A DNA stretch of 61,582 nucleotides from the IMG/VR virus record IMGVR_UViG_3300045988_102840, positions 1 to 61,582 of that record, one strand, 5' to 3'. The translations under genes and the position numbers were made by a program. Source of the stretch: a virus. Under the pieces are notes generated by a model. It did no database searches, had not been told where the DNA came from, and saw nothing but the letters and a program-made list of their open reading frames with translations. Shown piece by piece: positions 1-7,085 of this stretch (position 1 is its first letter; every line of letters starts with the position of its first letter).

Positions 1-30
1 TCGAACCCGCGACCCTCAGCTTGGGAAGCT
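1..30. repeat. attL core: left copy of the 30-nt direct repeat (displaced 3' fragment of tRNA-Gly)
   Basis: TCGAACCCGCGACCCTCAGCTTGGGAAGCT at 1-30 is identical to 61553-61582. The window edges hide its true extent. Confidence 0.85.
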
Positions 31-85
31 CTTTTTTGGTGCATCTATAATACTATATATCAAATATTTATTTTACATACAAAAA

Positions 86-107
86 CAATTTGCATACAAT
101 TTGCATA
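86..107 (+). promoter_or_regulatory. tandem CAATTTGCATA x2, putative integrase arm-type sites (attL side)
   Basis: The 11-mer is repeated head to tail at 86-96 and 97-107. The same ATTTGCATA core occurs three times at 61396-61430 beside the integrase gene. Confidence 0.4.
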
Positions 108-127
108 ATAAATATCCCCACGAACAT

Positions 128-325
128 TTACATAATCATTTTTGTGGTAGTTAAAATGAAGCAACATGAATCACTAACAATTCTCCCCTCTCCAATAATT
201 TCACGCATTGGAGGATACTTGACTTCGCTTCGCAACGTCCATCCCAGTCTATCACCTTTAGGCTTTAGACGATGCGGATACTTTGAAGAGCACTTTGCTT
301 TCTTGCTTTCCATTACACTCCCCAT
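128..325 (-). CDS. hypothetical protein (65 aa)
   Basis: ORF track. It is the last of four co-directional small ORFs next to attL and has no recognisable motif. Confidence 0.3.
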   Translation of the reverse strand: MGSVMESKKAKCSSKYPHRLKPKGDRLGWTLRSEVKYPPMREIIGEGRIVSDSCCFILTTTKMIM

Positions 326-370
326 ATTGTTTTGATATTGAATTTATCTGTTCCCTTTTTATCCTTCTGC

Positions 371-475
371 TTACAAGCTTGCAAGCCACTTCTTGCCTTT
401 TCGAGTATTCAGCCAAAGAGCAAATAAAAAGGCTAAAGCCCCAGAACCTCCTAAAACGATTAATAGACCTTCCAT
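371..475 (-). CDS. hypothetical 34-aa hydrophobic peptide
   Basis: Read by hand (below the ORF-track cutoff). The ATG at 475 is 2 nt after the stop of 478..723. MEGLLIVLGGSGALAFLFALWLNTRKGKKWLASL is one TM helix plus a basic tail. Confidence 0.3.
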   Translation of the reverse strand: MEGLLIVLGGSGALAFLFALWLNTRKGKKWLASL

Positions 476-477
476 AA

Positions 478-723
478 TTACCTCCTTATCACTTTATAAC
501 CAATATAAGCAAATACTATTGTTGAAAAAGCTCCAATCAAAAGCAAAAGCCAATATAACTCATTGTTTGAACTTGTGAAAAATGACACAGCCCCACCTGC
601 TACCATTGCAGCAAATGATGTTTTTGCCAAATCATAAAAGAACTTTCCAAGCGTCTCTCGGCTTATTTTCTCTTTTTCCTTGACCTCTTTCTTTACTTCT
701 TGTCTTTCACTCCAGCTTCCCAT
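478..723 (-). CDS. hypothetical membrane protein (81 aa, two hydrophobic helices)
   Basis: ORF track. It has a charged N-terminus followed by two TM-like stretches (FAAMVAGGAVSFF, WLLLLIGAFSTIVFAYIGY). Confidence 0.55.
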   Translation of the reverse strand: MGSWSERQEVKKEVKEKEKISRETLGKFFYDLAKTSFAAMVAGGAVSFFTSSNNELYWLLLLIGAFSTIVFAYIGYKVIRR

Positions 724-732
724 GCACTCCTA

Positions 733-888
733 TTATAGCAAATATGAATATACGGGTATTCTTCTTTTATCAAGTTCCTCTTTGGAAATATCAGACAATA
801 CAAACTTCTTCCCTGAGTTAGATTTATTCAAATCAGAGATGTTCTTTTTAAACGAACGAGGATTTTGTTTTAATCTTATATTACCCAT
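733..888 (-). CDS. hypothetical 51-aa basic protein
   Basis: Read by hand: MGNIRLKQNPRSFKKNISDLNKSNSGKKFVLSDISKEELDKRRIPVYSYLL. Its stop is 9 nt upstream of the start of 478..723. Confidence 0.3.
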   Translation of the reverse strand: MGNIRLKQNPRSFKKNISDLNKSNSGKKFVLSDISKEELDKRRIPVYSYLL

Positions 889-954
889 ACCACCTTTATT
901 CTATAATATTGTAGAACGATAGAACGAACGACGCAATTTAAACATAACATTACC

Positions 955-977
955 TAACAATGTTTACTACATTGTTA
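955..977. repeat. perfect hairpin TAACAATGT-ttact-ACATTGTTA
   Basis: 9-bp arms at 955-963 and 969-977 in a non-coding stretch. It could be an operator or terminator; the role is unknown. Confidence 0.5.
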
Positions 978-1078
978 ATAATGTTGTTTCTGATACAAAT
1001 TAAAGCAGAAATAGGGATGTGACCAAAATGTGAGACAGATTTATTTGTAATTTAGACTGATTATAAATAACAACATTT

Positions 1079-1114
1079 ACGTTATGATACCCCGCCAGTA
1101 ATACGGCTGTGGGG
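1079..1114 (+). repeat. 36-nt hairpin element, copy 1
   Basis: ACGTTATGATACCCCGCCAGTAATACGGCTGTGGGG matches 50624-50659 at 32 of 36 positions. Copy 2 folds as a 9-bp stem; copy 1 has two central mismatches. Confidence 0.7.
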
Positions 1115-1153
1115 TAAATAAACTATTTGTTTATTCTATTTTACATAAACCAA

Positions 1154-1340
1154 ATGATGAAGCACATTTCCGCTTTTTGTATCAACTTCCGCCAACCTGG
1201 CTACCTAAAATTTTCATATTATAAATTTTCTTTTCCTTTACCTTTCCGCCTTTCAGTATTGCGACTTCTTGCCTCAGTTGTGCAACTTCGTTCAGTAATT
1301 TCTCATACGCTTCTGCGAGACGGAGCATGTGCTTCATCAT
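1154..1340. repeat. segment bounded by a perfect 14-bp inverted repeat (candidate invertible element)
   Basis: ATGATGAAGCACAT at 1154-1167 has its exact reverse complement at 1327-1340. Including flanks, 18 of 20 positions match. Confidence 0.8.
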
Positions 1341-1361
1341 TAGATTTACATTTTCATTCAT
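1182..1361 (-). CDS. 59-aa coiled-coil-like protein, paralog of 50701..50880
   Basis: Read by hand: MNENVNLMMKHMLRLAEAYEKLLNEVAQLRQEVAILKGGKVKEKK... It aligns with MEISTAMMQHILRLTEGYTDLLNELKEVKAELAELKGEKPKKP... and both are 59 aa. Confidence 0.5.
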   Translation of the reverse strand: MNENVNLMMKHMLRLAEAYEKLLNEVAQLRQEVAILKGGKVKEKKIYNMKILGSQVGGS

Positions 1362-1460
1362 TATATTTCAAATTAATAAATTGTGTCTTGTCGAAATAAA
1401 ATATCAACAAATTTTATATTGAAAAGGTTTTATTTCAAAATATGTTTGTAAACATATATA

Positions 1461-2156
1461 TTAAACAGCCTTTCTTCTCACACTGAATAGGTCTTGTATT
1501 TCTTCCACAGATTTGTTTAGAGCGTTAAATCGCCTTTGCAAATCCTCAAATTGCGCTTCATACATGACTACTGTCGTTTCATACATTCGCTTCCAGTATT
1601 CAGCAGTTTCCGGAGATGGCAAATCTTCCACATCTTTTTCAGACAAAGACGAATGTGAAGTTTCATTGTCAAGGAACATTGGACCTTTGCCGGTGAGGAT
1701 GTAGTTGGCGTTGACTTTATACATTTGACAAAACTCTTGTAACGTGTTCATAGACACACCGCATATTCCACGTCTTATTTTAGACATGGTGGCCTTTGAT
1801 AAATTTTCTAAAGTGTTCCACACCTTATAATCGGTAAGTTCCAACTTTTCTATCGTCTCTAAAAAACGATAAGTGTAATCGTTAAACGCTTCATTATTAA
1901 TATCATGTTCGGCATTATTTTTTTCATTGCCCAAATAGATATATTTCATATTTGCATCTGGAAAACATTCTGCAAACTTAGATAAGAACTTCTTGCTTGG
2001 CTCTTGTATCCCCCTTTTTATTTTAGTGAACATAGCCTCTTTAACCCCAGTGCTCTTCGCTATATTATAGAAAGATACTCCCATCCTTTCGACTTCTTCT
2101 AGAAATCTTTTTGTTAAATCACTAAGATTTGCTTCGTTTTTATTTTTACTTTCCAT
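1461..2156 (-). CDS. phage repressor-like protein with two HTH repeats (cI/XRE type)
   Basis: ORF track gives 1461..2207. I moved the start to Met18 because a + strand TAtcTTTG box sits at 2166-2173. Two tandem HTH-like units are present (..TKIKRGIQEPS.., ..SKIRRGICGVS..NANYILTGKGPMF). The gene is divergent from the early operon. Confidence 0.7.
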   Translation of the reverse strand: MESKNKNEANLSDLTKRFLEEVERMGVSFYNIAKSTGVKEAMFTKIKRGIQEPSKKFLSKFAECFPDANMKYIYLGNEKNNAEHDINNEAFNDYTYRFLETIEKLELTDYKVWNTLENLSKATMSKIRRGICGVSMNTLQEFCQMYKVNANYILTGKGPMFLDNETSHSSLSEKDVEDLPSPETAEYWKRMYETTVVMYEAQFEDLQRRFNALNKSVEEIQDLFSVRRKAV

Positions 2157-2158
2157 TT

Positions 2159-2176
2159 TAGATAGTATCTTTGCAC
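2159..2176 (+). promoter_or_regulatory. early promoter, Bacteroides-type -7 box TAtcTTTG (2166-2173)
   Basis: The 18-mer TAGATAGTATCTTTGCAC is identical to 4053-4070 and faces the + strand early genes. Confidence 0.5.
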
Positions 2177-2246
2177 ACGTAACAAGTAGCAGTTGTTCGA
2201 TTGACATTGTTTATACTTACCCCTTTCCGGGCTAATTATATGAGAT

Positions 2247-2281
2247 GAATCCTGTGATAGCTGCTACCTATTACGGGATTC
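2247..2281. promoter_or_regulatory. imperfect inverted repeat in the repressor/early intergenic region (operator candidate)
   Basis: GAATCCTGTGATAG (2247-2260) pairs with CTATTACGGGATTC (2268-2281) at 12 of 14 positions, with a 7-nt spacer. Confidence 0.35.
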
Positions 2282-2308
2282 ATTCTTTATATAAAATACA
2301 ATCGGTCA

Positions 2309-3157
2309 ATGGACATACTTAATATACCAATAGATATAATCAAAAGATACAAGGCAAGCAAGGCTGAAAAAGAATTGCTTGCCTTTGCTATTGGCATCAA
2401 GTGTCTGTATTCAAATTCTGTACTTACCGATGTAACCCCTTATAAAGTGATGAAACTGTTTCATGTTTCTCACGATAAAGCCAAACGCCTTATTAACGGA
2501 GCGTTAAACGACAGTTTTCTGTTTTCCGTAAAAGGAGGCAGCTTTCTTGCAAACACTTTTAAAAGCAAGGAAATCAAAAGGTCAATAGGGCGTACGCCTT
2601 TTATTTACACCTCTGATTATTGCTATAAACTGAATAAGAAGGAATATTCAATTCGCATGCTTGTGCATGAGCTGAACTGTATTATGCTTCTTTGTGCAGT
2701 CAATTCTATTGATAGAGACAACTTTCCGCAGAGTAACGGGAAACCGAAACAAAAACGTTGTGCCCTTACCAAGGATTTGACTTTGCGCAAACTTGGAAAT
2801 ATATCCGGTTCAAGCAAAAGTACCGCACACAGACTGATGAATGAAATGTTCCGAAACGGAGTAATCTCCAAGACAAGGGCGCACGGGGAAATGGTTATCC
2901 ATACCGTGAATGCCAACACCGTTGAAGAGTGGCGCAAAAGAACGGGAAGGAAACATTTTATCTATAACCCCAAAGACGGAAGCGGATGGATTGTCATTCC
3001 TTGTTCTTACTCTATATGCGACAGAGGGACTACCGAGAAATATAAGCACGTTATTTATAATCACAAGAAGCGTGTAGAATCATCAAATCTCAAAGTGTCC
3101 AAGCATCCTGTTTATGAGAATCCGTTTGATAATCCCATTAACGCTGCTTATTTATGA
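2309..3157 (+). CDS. hypothetical DNA-binding protein (winged-HTH-like segment)
   Basis: ORF track. It is the first early gene and contains LTLRKLGNISGSSKSTAHRLMNEMFRNGVISK, which looks like an HTH. Confidence 0.65.
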   Translation: MDILNIPIDIIKRYKASKAEKELLAFAIGIKCLYSNSVLTDVTPYKVMKLFHVSHDKAKRLINGALNDSFLFSVKGGSFLANTFKSKEIKRSIGRTPFIYTSDYCYKLNKKEYSIRMLVHELNCIMLLCAVNSIDRDNFPQSNGKPKQKRCALTKDLTLRKLGNISGSSKSTAHRLMNEMFRNGVISKTRAHGEMVIHTVNANTVEEWRKRTGRKHFIYNPKDGSGWIVIPCSYSICDRGTTEKYKHVIYNHKKRVESSNLKVSKHPVYENPFDNPINAAYL

Positions 3158-3326
3158 TATTTCTATTTTGGGAACATATATTATTTACAGAGAGAATGGG
3201 ATTACATGGCGTATATAAACACATACGTGCGTGATAATTTAATATATAAAATATCAAGACAATGAGTAGATATTATACATTGAATTTGAATAATAACCGA
3301 TTGTACAACATTTCAAAGAACGAATT

Positions 3327-3638
3327 ATGAAAAATGAACCTAATTACACAATTACAATTTCCCGTAGATACGTTGAGGGAAAAAACAGCCTTAATGTAGA
3401 GAGAACCGTTACAAACGCCGAAGACGGTGAAGTAATATTTCATTCACTGCATGAAATTAGCAGCGACAGTGAAAAAGAATCACCTATTACGTTTCTTGAA
3501 AAACATTTAGGGCTGTACCCTCCCGAAAGCAAAAGCCAATGCAGATGTAATAGATGCCGCAATTTCAGTGATGGTTTTTACTTTCTCCGAAATGGGCGGT
3601 TCCACCGTTTTTTTAAGAGATTCAAGTTCAAGTTTTAG
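3327..3638 (+). CDS. hypothetical protein (C-terminal extent doubtful)
   Basis: ORF track. The first 60 aa or so look protein-like. The last 43 aa overlap the convergent 3507..3959 and look like antisense read-through. Confidence 0.35.
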   Translation: MKNEPNYTITISRRYVEGKNSLNVERTVTNAEDGEVIFHSLHEISSDSEKESPITFLEKHLGLYPPESKSQCRCNRCRNFSDGFYFLRNGRFHRFFKRFKFKF

Positions 3639-3959
3639 TCTCTCCAAATCATTTGAAAGTATTTTGTCTTGCATCTTAAATCCCCCATAGCGGTAGAATG
3701 TATCCAATTTTGAATTAAGATATATTTTACCGCCATTCTTATAACCTTCAATTTTAAGCATCCCCATATCTTCAAGTTCAATCATCACTTTTTCAAATTG
3801 CACCATACTGATATTAAGGTCTGGGACATTTTTATATTCAAAATAAAAACCATTTCCTTCTTTATTAAGAAGTTCATGCACTATTTTATCCTTTTCCTCC
3901 GGCATTATTACCTTAGGATGCTCCTTTCTCCCCTTCGATGCTGTCCTAAACTCAAACAT
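3507..3959 (-). CDS. hypothetical protein (wHTH-like N-terminus, coiled coil, hydrophobic tail)
   Basis: ORF track. It is the only minus-strand gene inside the early arm and is divergent from the second copy of the early promoter at 4053-4070. Confidence 0.6.
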   Translation of the reverse strand: MFEFRTASKGRKEHPKVIMPEEKDKIVHELLNKEGNGFYFEYKNVPDLNISMVQFEKVMIELEDMGMLKIEGYKNGGKIYLNSKLDTFYRYGGFKMQDKILSNDLERLKLELESLKKTVEPPISEKVKTITEIAASITSALAFAFGRVQP

Positions 3960-4052
3960 AACAATATATTAATCAGAGTTTTACTAAAAACATGTTTTAT
4001 AACATATAAAATACTAACTAAAAAAGAAAGTATTTCTTTGTGCTTTCTAAAA

Positions 4053-4070
4053 TAGATAGTATCTTTGCAC
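4053..4070 (+). promoter_or_regulatory. second copy of the early promoter, -7 box TAtcTTTG (4060-4067)
   Basis: TAGATAGTATCTTTGCAC is identical to 2159-2176 and lies about 85 nt upstream of the ORF at 4152. Confidence 0.5.
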
Positions 4071-4151
4071 TGTTGTTTTAAACAACGTTTTAAGCAAGGC
4101 TATAAAACTAAAGTAAATACAAAGATAAGAAAATAAATAAAGAAAGCAAAT

Positions 4152-4463
4152 ATGAAGTACGATTTATCAGACATAATGAAAAAGGCTCACAACTTCTACA
4201 AGACCGGAAAATACACCTGGTCTGAAAGCTTGAAAAAGTCATGGAAGATGGCAAAGTTTTCTGTCCGCGTAAAAGAGGAAATAGCCAATATGGTAGACTA
4301 TAAGTCTGCTGACGATAAAGCGTTCACTAATAGATTGAGAAAGGAGAATGAAGGCTATAAGCCGGCAAAAAGAAGCGCCTATGATAATTTCAATGCTCCG
4401 GCTTCCGTCTATTATACTTCTAACAACAGAGGGCGTTTTGGCTCTTGTTTCGTGGGTGATTAA
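4152..4463 (+). CDS. hypothetical protein (103 aa)
   Basis: ORF track. It is the first gene after the promoter at 4053-4070. Confidence 0.6.
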   Translation: MKYDLSDIMKKAHNFYKTGKYTWSESLKKSWKMAKFSVRVKEEIANMVDYKSADDKAFTNRLRKENEGYKPAKRSAYDNFNAPASVYYTSNNRGRFGSCFVGD

Positions 4464-4483
4464 CAATAAAAACAATTAATAAA

Positions 4484-4687
4484 ATGACTGATTGGGCAAA
4501 TATTGTAAAGGTAGTTTCTGCAACTAAAACATTAGAGTATCTCCCGTTGGGAAAGCCTAAGGGAATAAAACATAAAGATATTACTGAGACTGTTATACGT
4601 TCTACTGTCACTCGGTTGTCAAAAAAAGGGTATTCGTTTTATGTAAAACCGACTTTTTATGGTACAGAAGTAACAAGAATTAAATAA
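4484..4687 (+). CDS. hypothetical protein (67 aa)
   Basis: ORF track. It is tightly packed in the + strand operon. Confidence 0.55.
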   Translation: MTDWANIVKVVSATKTLEYLPLGKPKGIKHKDITETVIRSTVTRLSKKGYSFYVKPTFYGTEVTRIK

Positions 4688-4696
4688 AATTTCCTT

Positions 4697-4930
4697 ATGA
4701 ATATCAACAGAATATCAAAACAGACAGCCATGTTTGCAATAGGATTTATCGGCTTCTTATTCCTTCTCGGCATCGCAGGTAAATCAGATTATAATCAGGA
4801 AGTCATATACAACATGACGGAAACGGCTTACAATGTTATTGTAGATTCTCTCGGCGAAGGTTGTAGCGATACTCAAATCGTAAAGACTTATTTAAATAAC
4901 AAAGAATATTACGACAGTCTAAGTTGGTAG
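4697..4930 (+). CDS. hypothetical membrane-anchored protein (77 aa)
   Basis: ORF track. It has an N-terminal TM helix (AMFAIGFIGFLFLLGIAG). Confidence 0.55.
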   Translation: MNINRISKQTAMFAIGFIGFLFLLGIAGKSDYNQEVIYNMTETAYNVIVDSLGEGCSDTQIVKTYLNNKEYYDSLSW

Positions 4931-4933
4931 GTT

Positions 4934-5146
4934 ATGGGAAGAACGAAATCTGTAGGAAAGGTAGAGCCGGTCAACAAACTATGGCTCTCCGCTAAGGAAG
5001 CAATGGCATACTTAGGATGCAGTGATAAACTGTTGGAAAAACTAAGGAACAATGCCGAAATATCATTTTCTAAATATAATAACCGTACCATTTGGTACGA
5101 CTTGAAAAGCATTGAAAGGTTTATAGAAAGAAACCGCGTTGTGTGA
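4934..5146 (+). CDS. excisionase-family / MerR-like HTH DNA-binding protein
   Basis: WLSAKEAMAYLGCSDKLLEKLRNN...ISFSK...IWYDLKSIERFIE fits the small Xis/AlpA-type HTH pattern (70 aa). Confidence 0.65.
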   Translation: MGRTKSVGKVEPVNKLWLSAKEAMAYLGCSDKLLEKLRNNAEISFSKYNNRTIWYDLKSIERFIERNRVV

Positions 5147-5153
5147 ACAACGC
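5136..5153 (+). other. hairpin GCGTTG-TGTGAA-CAACGC directly 5' of tRNA-like gene 1
   Basis: 6-bp stem with a UGUGAA loop. It overlaps the stop codon of 4934..5146. Confidence 0.5.
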
Positions 5154-5156
5154 TCC

Positions 5157-5266
5157 TTCCTCTTAGCTCAGCCAGGCAGAGCATCGCTATGGTTACTTGT
5201 TCGAAGGTTTAGTATCCGGTAATTTCCGGTTAGCGAAGGTCGCACGTTCGAGTCGTGCAGAGGGAG
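5157..5266 (+). tRNA. tRNA-like gene 1: canonical acceptor, D, anticodon-stem and T arms, but 43 nt where the 7-nt anticodon loop should be
   Basis: Acceptor 5157-5163/5259-5265. D arm GCTC/GAGC. Anticodon stem TCGCT/AGCGA (5184-5188/5232-5236). Variable loop AGGTC. T arm GCACG-TTCGAGT-CGTGC. No canonical anticodon could be assigned. Confidence 0.6.
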
Positions 5267-5269
5267 CAA

Positions 5270-5637
5270 AATACATAGTTCTTTGACGTATTGAATGTGA
5301 AATAAGGTTTAAGCATTTGATATTTAGACTTATTTCAATATAACCGAGGATTACGGATAGCGGAAACGCGGGGACTCCGTATAGGCTTGGTTATCGTGAT
5401 TGTCTCTTCGCACCGAAATGTCCTACGGTAGAGAGTATGCGGTTTGGGCGCCCGTATCGCAAGAGACAAAGGTCATAAAGACAACATAAGCGTCCGATAC
5501 AGTCTTAAATCGGTATAAAGTATGCGGTGGTAATGAAAGGCGCCCGTACACGCTTATTATATATACTCCCTTCCCGTCAAATTCGGGCACGCTGAAAAGC
5601 CAAACACGTATTGTTGCGTTGAAGGGAGCAATGCTTA
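5270..5637 (+). ncRNA. about 370-nt ORF-poor, helix-rich region (candidate structured RNA or long leader)
   Basis: Helices seen: GAAATAAG/CTTATTTC, a GCG-GAAA-CGC tetraloop hairpin, TGTCTCTT/AAGAGACA, a duplicated AGTATGCGGT..GGCGCCCGTA module, and CTCCCTTC/GAAGGGAG ending 6 nt before the ATG at 5638. Confidence 0.4.
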
Positions 5638-5964
5638 ATGAATAATGATACGAGAAAGGTAAAAACATTTACGGATTTGGTATTTAATCCACATTCTCTT
5701 AGCAAGGATGCACGTCATCTTCCTTCTCCGCTCCGTGAGGAATATATGGAAGCCAAACAAGCTGTAATGCAATTTAAAAACGGTTATGGAATAAGTGTCA
5801 TAAAAGGAACTGTGTTCTATTCCAACGGCATAGATACCTATGAGGTTGCTGTCCTTAAAGATGGTGCTATTTGTTATGATACCTCAATTACAGATGATGT
5901 AATTGGTTATGTAAATGCAGATGAGGTATCTAATATAATGAAACAAATTCAAGAATTAAAATAG
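5638..5964 (+). CDS. hypothetical protein (108 aa)
   Basis: ORF track, with protein-like composition. Confidence 0.65.
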   Translation: MNNDTRKVKTFTDLVFNPHSLSKDARHLPSPLREEYMEAKQAVMQFKNGYGISVIKGTVFYSNGIDTYEVAVLKDGAICYDTSITDDVIGYVNADEVSNIMKQIQELK

Positions 5965-6055
5965 AGAATTCCCGTGGCTTTCAATAGATGCTTGAGAGTA
6001 GTAAGGCAACCATCGGAACGCTCACGGGAACAATAATAACCAAATAATCAGAATT

Positions 6056-6223
6056 ATGAATAAGTACATCAAATTAATAGCACTTTTGATTATCGGAATT
6101 GCTATTGGGAACAGGATTTTTAATCACCTACACGCTTGGCTGGGTGTAGCAGTAATATCAGCCACTACAATTTATTTTTTTTATAAACTAATTAAAAACT
6201 TAAAAAATGAAGAGATTGATTAA
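6056..6223 (+). CDS. hypothetical 55-aa two-TM membrane protein
   Basis: Read by hand: MNKYIKLIALLIIGIAIGNRIFNHLHAWLGVAVISATTIYFFYKLIKNLKNEEID. It overlaps the start of 6207..7013 by 17 nt. Confidence 0.4.
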   Translation: MNKYIKLIALLIIGIAIGNRIFNHLHAWLGVAVISATTIYFFYKLIKNLKNEEID

Positions 6224-7013
6224 TCTGACATTGGTCTGTATGACCTTATTGGTATTCGCTTCTTGCGAAAGAGTAGCCCCTAACTATGCTGGGGTTCTGA
6301 TGGAGAACTACGGTAAGCAAGGGAAAGAGGATTTCAAGGTGGTATCGGGTAGAGTTTCCACTTGGGAATGGGGTACAGAGTTGTTTCAAGTCCCATTATT
6401 TGACCAAAGAGGTGAATTTGCCAAACCTGTCACTTTGAAAGCTGCCGATAACACAGAATTTAATGCACGTCCCACCTATTCATATAAAGTTATAAAAAAT
6501 AGGGCTGTTGATGTTGTATTCGATAATAAACATATAGATAAAGCCGATACGGAATCCGGGAAAGATGGTTTTATGCAAAGCCTTGAAGACAACATACTTG
6601 AACCGCGTATTTATGACTTGATAAAAGAAGAAAGCCGGAAACATAAGACAGACAGTTTGATGGCTGATGGCGGTTCTCTTCTTTTTGAAAAACGGCTGGA
6701 ACAGATAGTAGATAAAGAATTTGAGAAAAGAGGGCTTCAATTGTTGACTTTTTCCGCGCAGCTTGAATTTTCAAGAGCAGTACGTGAAAAGATTGATAGC
6801 CGTAATGAGGTTAATACCAATATCTCAGTGTTAGACCAGCAAATAGCAGAACAGAGAAAACGAAATGAGCTTGAACAGTTAAAGACAGAACAGGCTCTAA
6901 TTACGTCAAGAGGATTGACGAAAGAAATCTTATACAAACAATTTATTGATAAATGGGATGGCAAAACGCCCTTATATGGGATTTCTCCTGATTTCTTAAA
7001 AATTACTCAATAA
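6207..7013 (+). CDS. SPFH/Band-7 (prohibitin-like) domain lipoprotein
   Basis: Signal peptide with lipobox LVFASC. The N-terminal half fits the SPFH pattern and the C-terminal half is coiled coil (QQIAEQRKRNELEQLKTEQ). Confidence 0.6.
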   Translation: MKRLINLTLVCMTLLVFASCERVAPNYAGVLMENYGKQGKEDFKVVSGRVSTWEWGTELFQVPLFDQRGEFAKPVTLKAADNTEFNARPTYSYKVIKNRAVDVVFDNKHIDKADTESGKDGFMQSLEDNILEPRIYDLIKEESRKHKTDSLMADGGSLLFEKRLEQIVDKEFEKRGLQLLTFSAQLEFSRAVREKIDSRNEVNTNISVLDQQIAEQRKRNELEQLKTEQALITSRGLTKEILYKQFIDKWDGKTPLYGISPDFLKITQ

Positions 7014-7085
7014 GCCCGTGAGGGTGAATAATTCATGATATATTTTAATATAAACAGTCCCGTCCACGTGCTGGTCGGGAAACAC

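Noticed and set aside
90-578. Three + strand ORFs (81, 64 and 61 aa) next to attL
   Set aside because: They overlap each other and the better-supported minus-strand small ORFs, and their composition is low-complexity and not protein-like.
5423-5668. 81-aa minus-strand ORF inside the structured region after tRNA-like gene 1
   Set aside because: It runs against the operon direction, overlaps the start of 5638..5964, and spans the helices listed for 5270-5637. The region is treated as non-coding.
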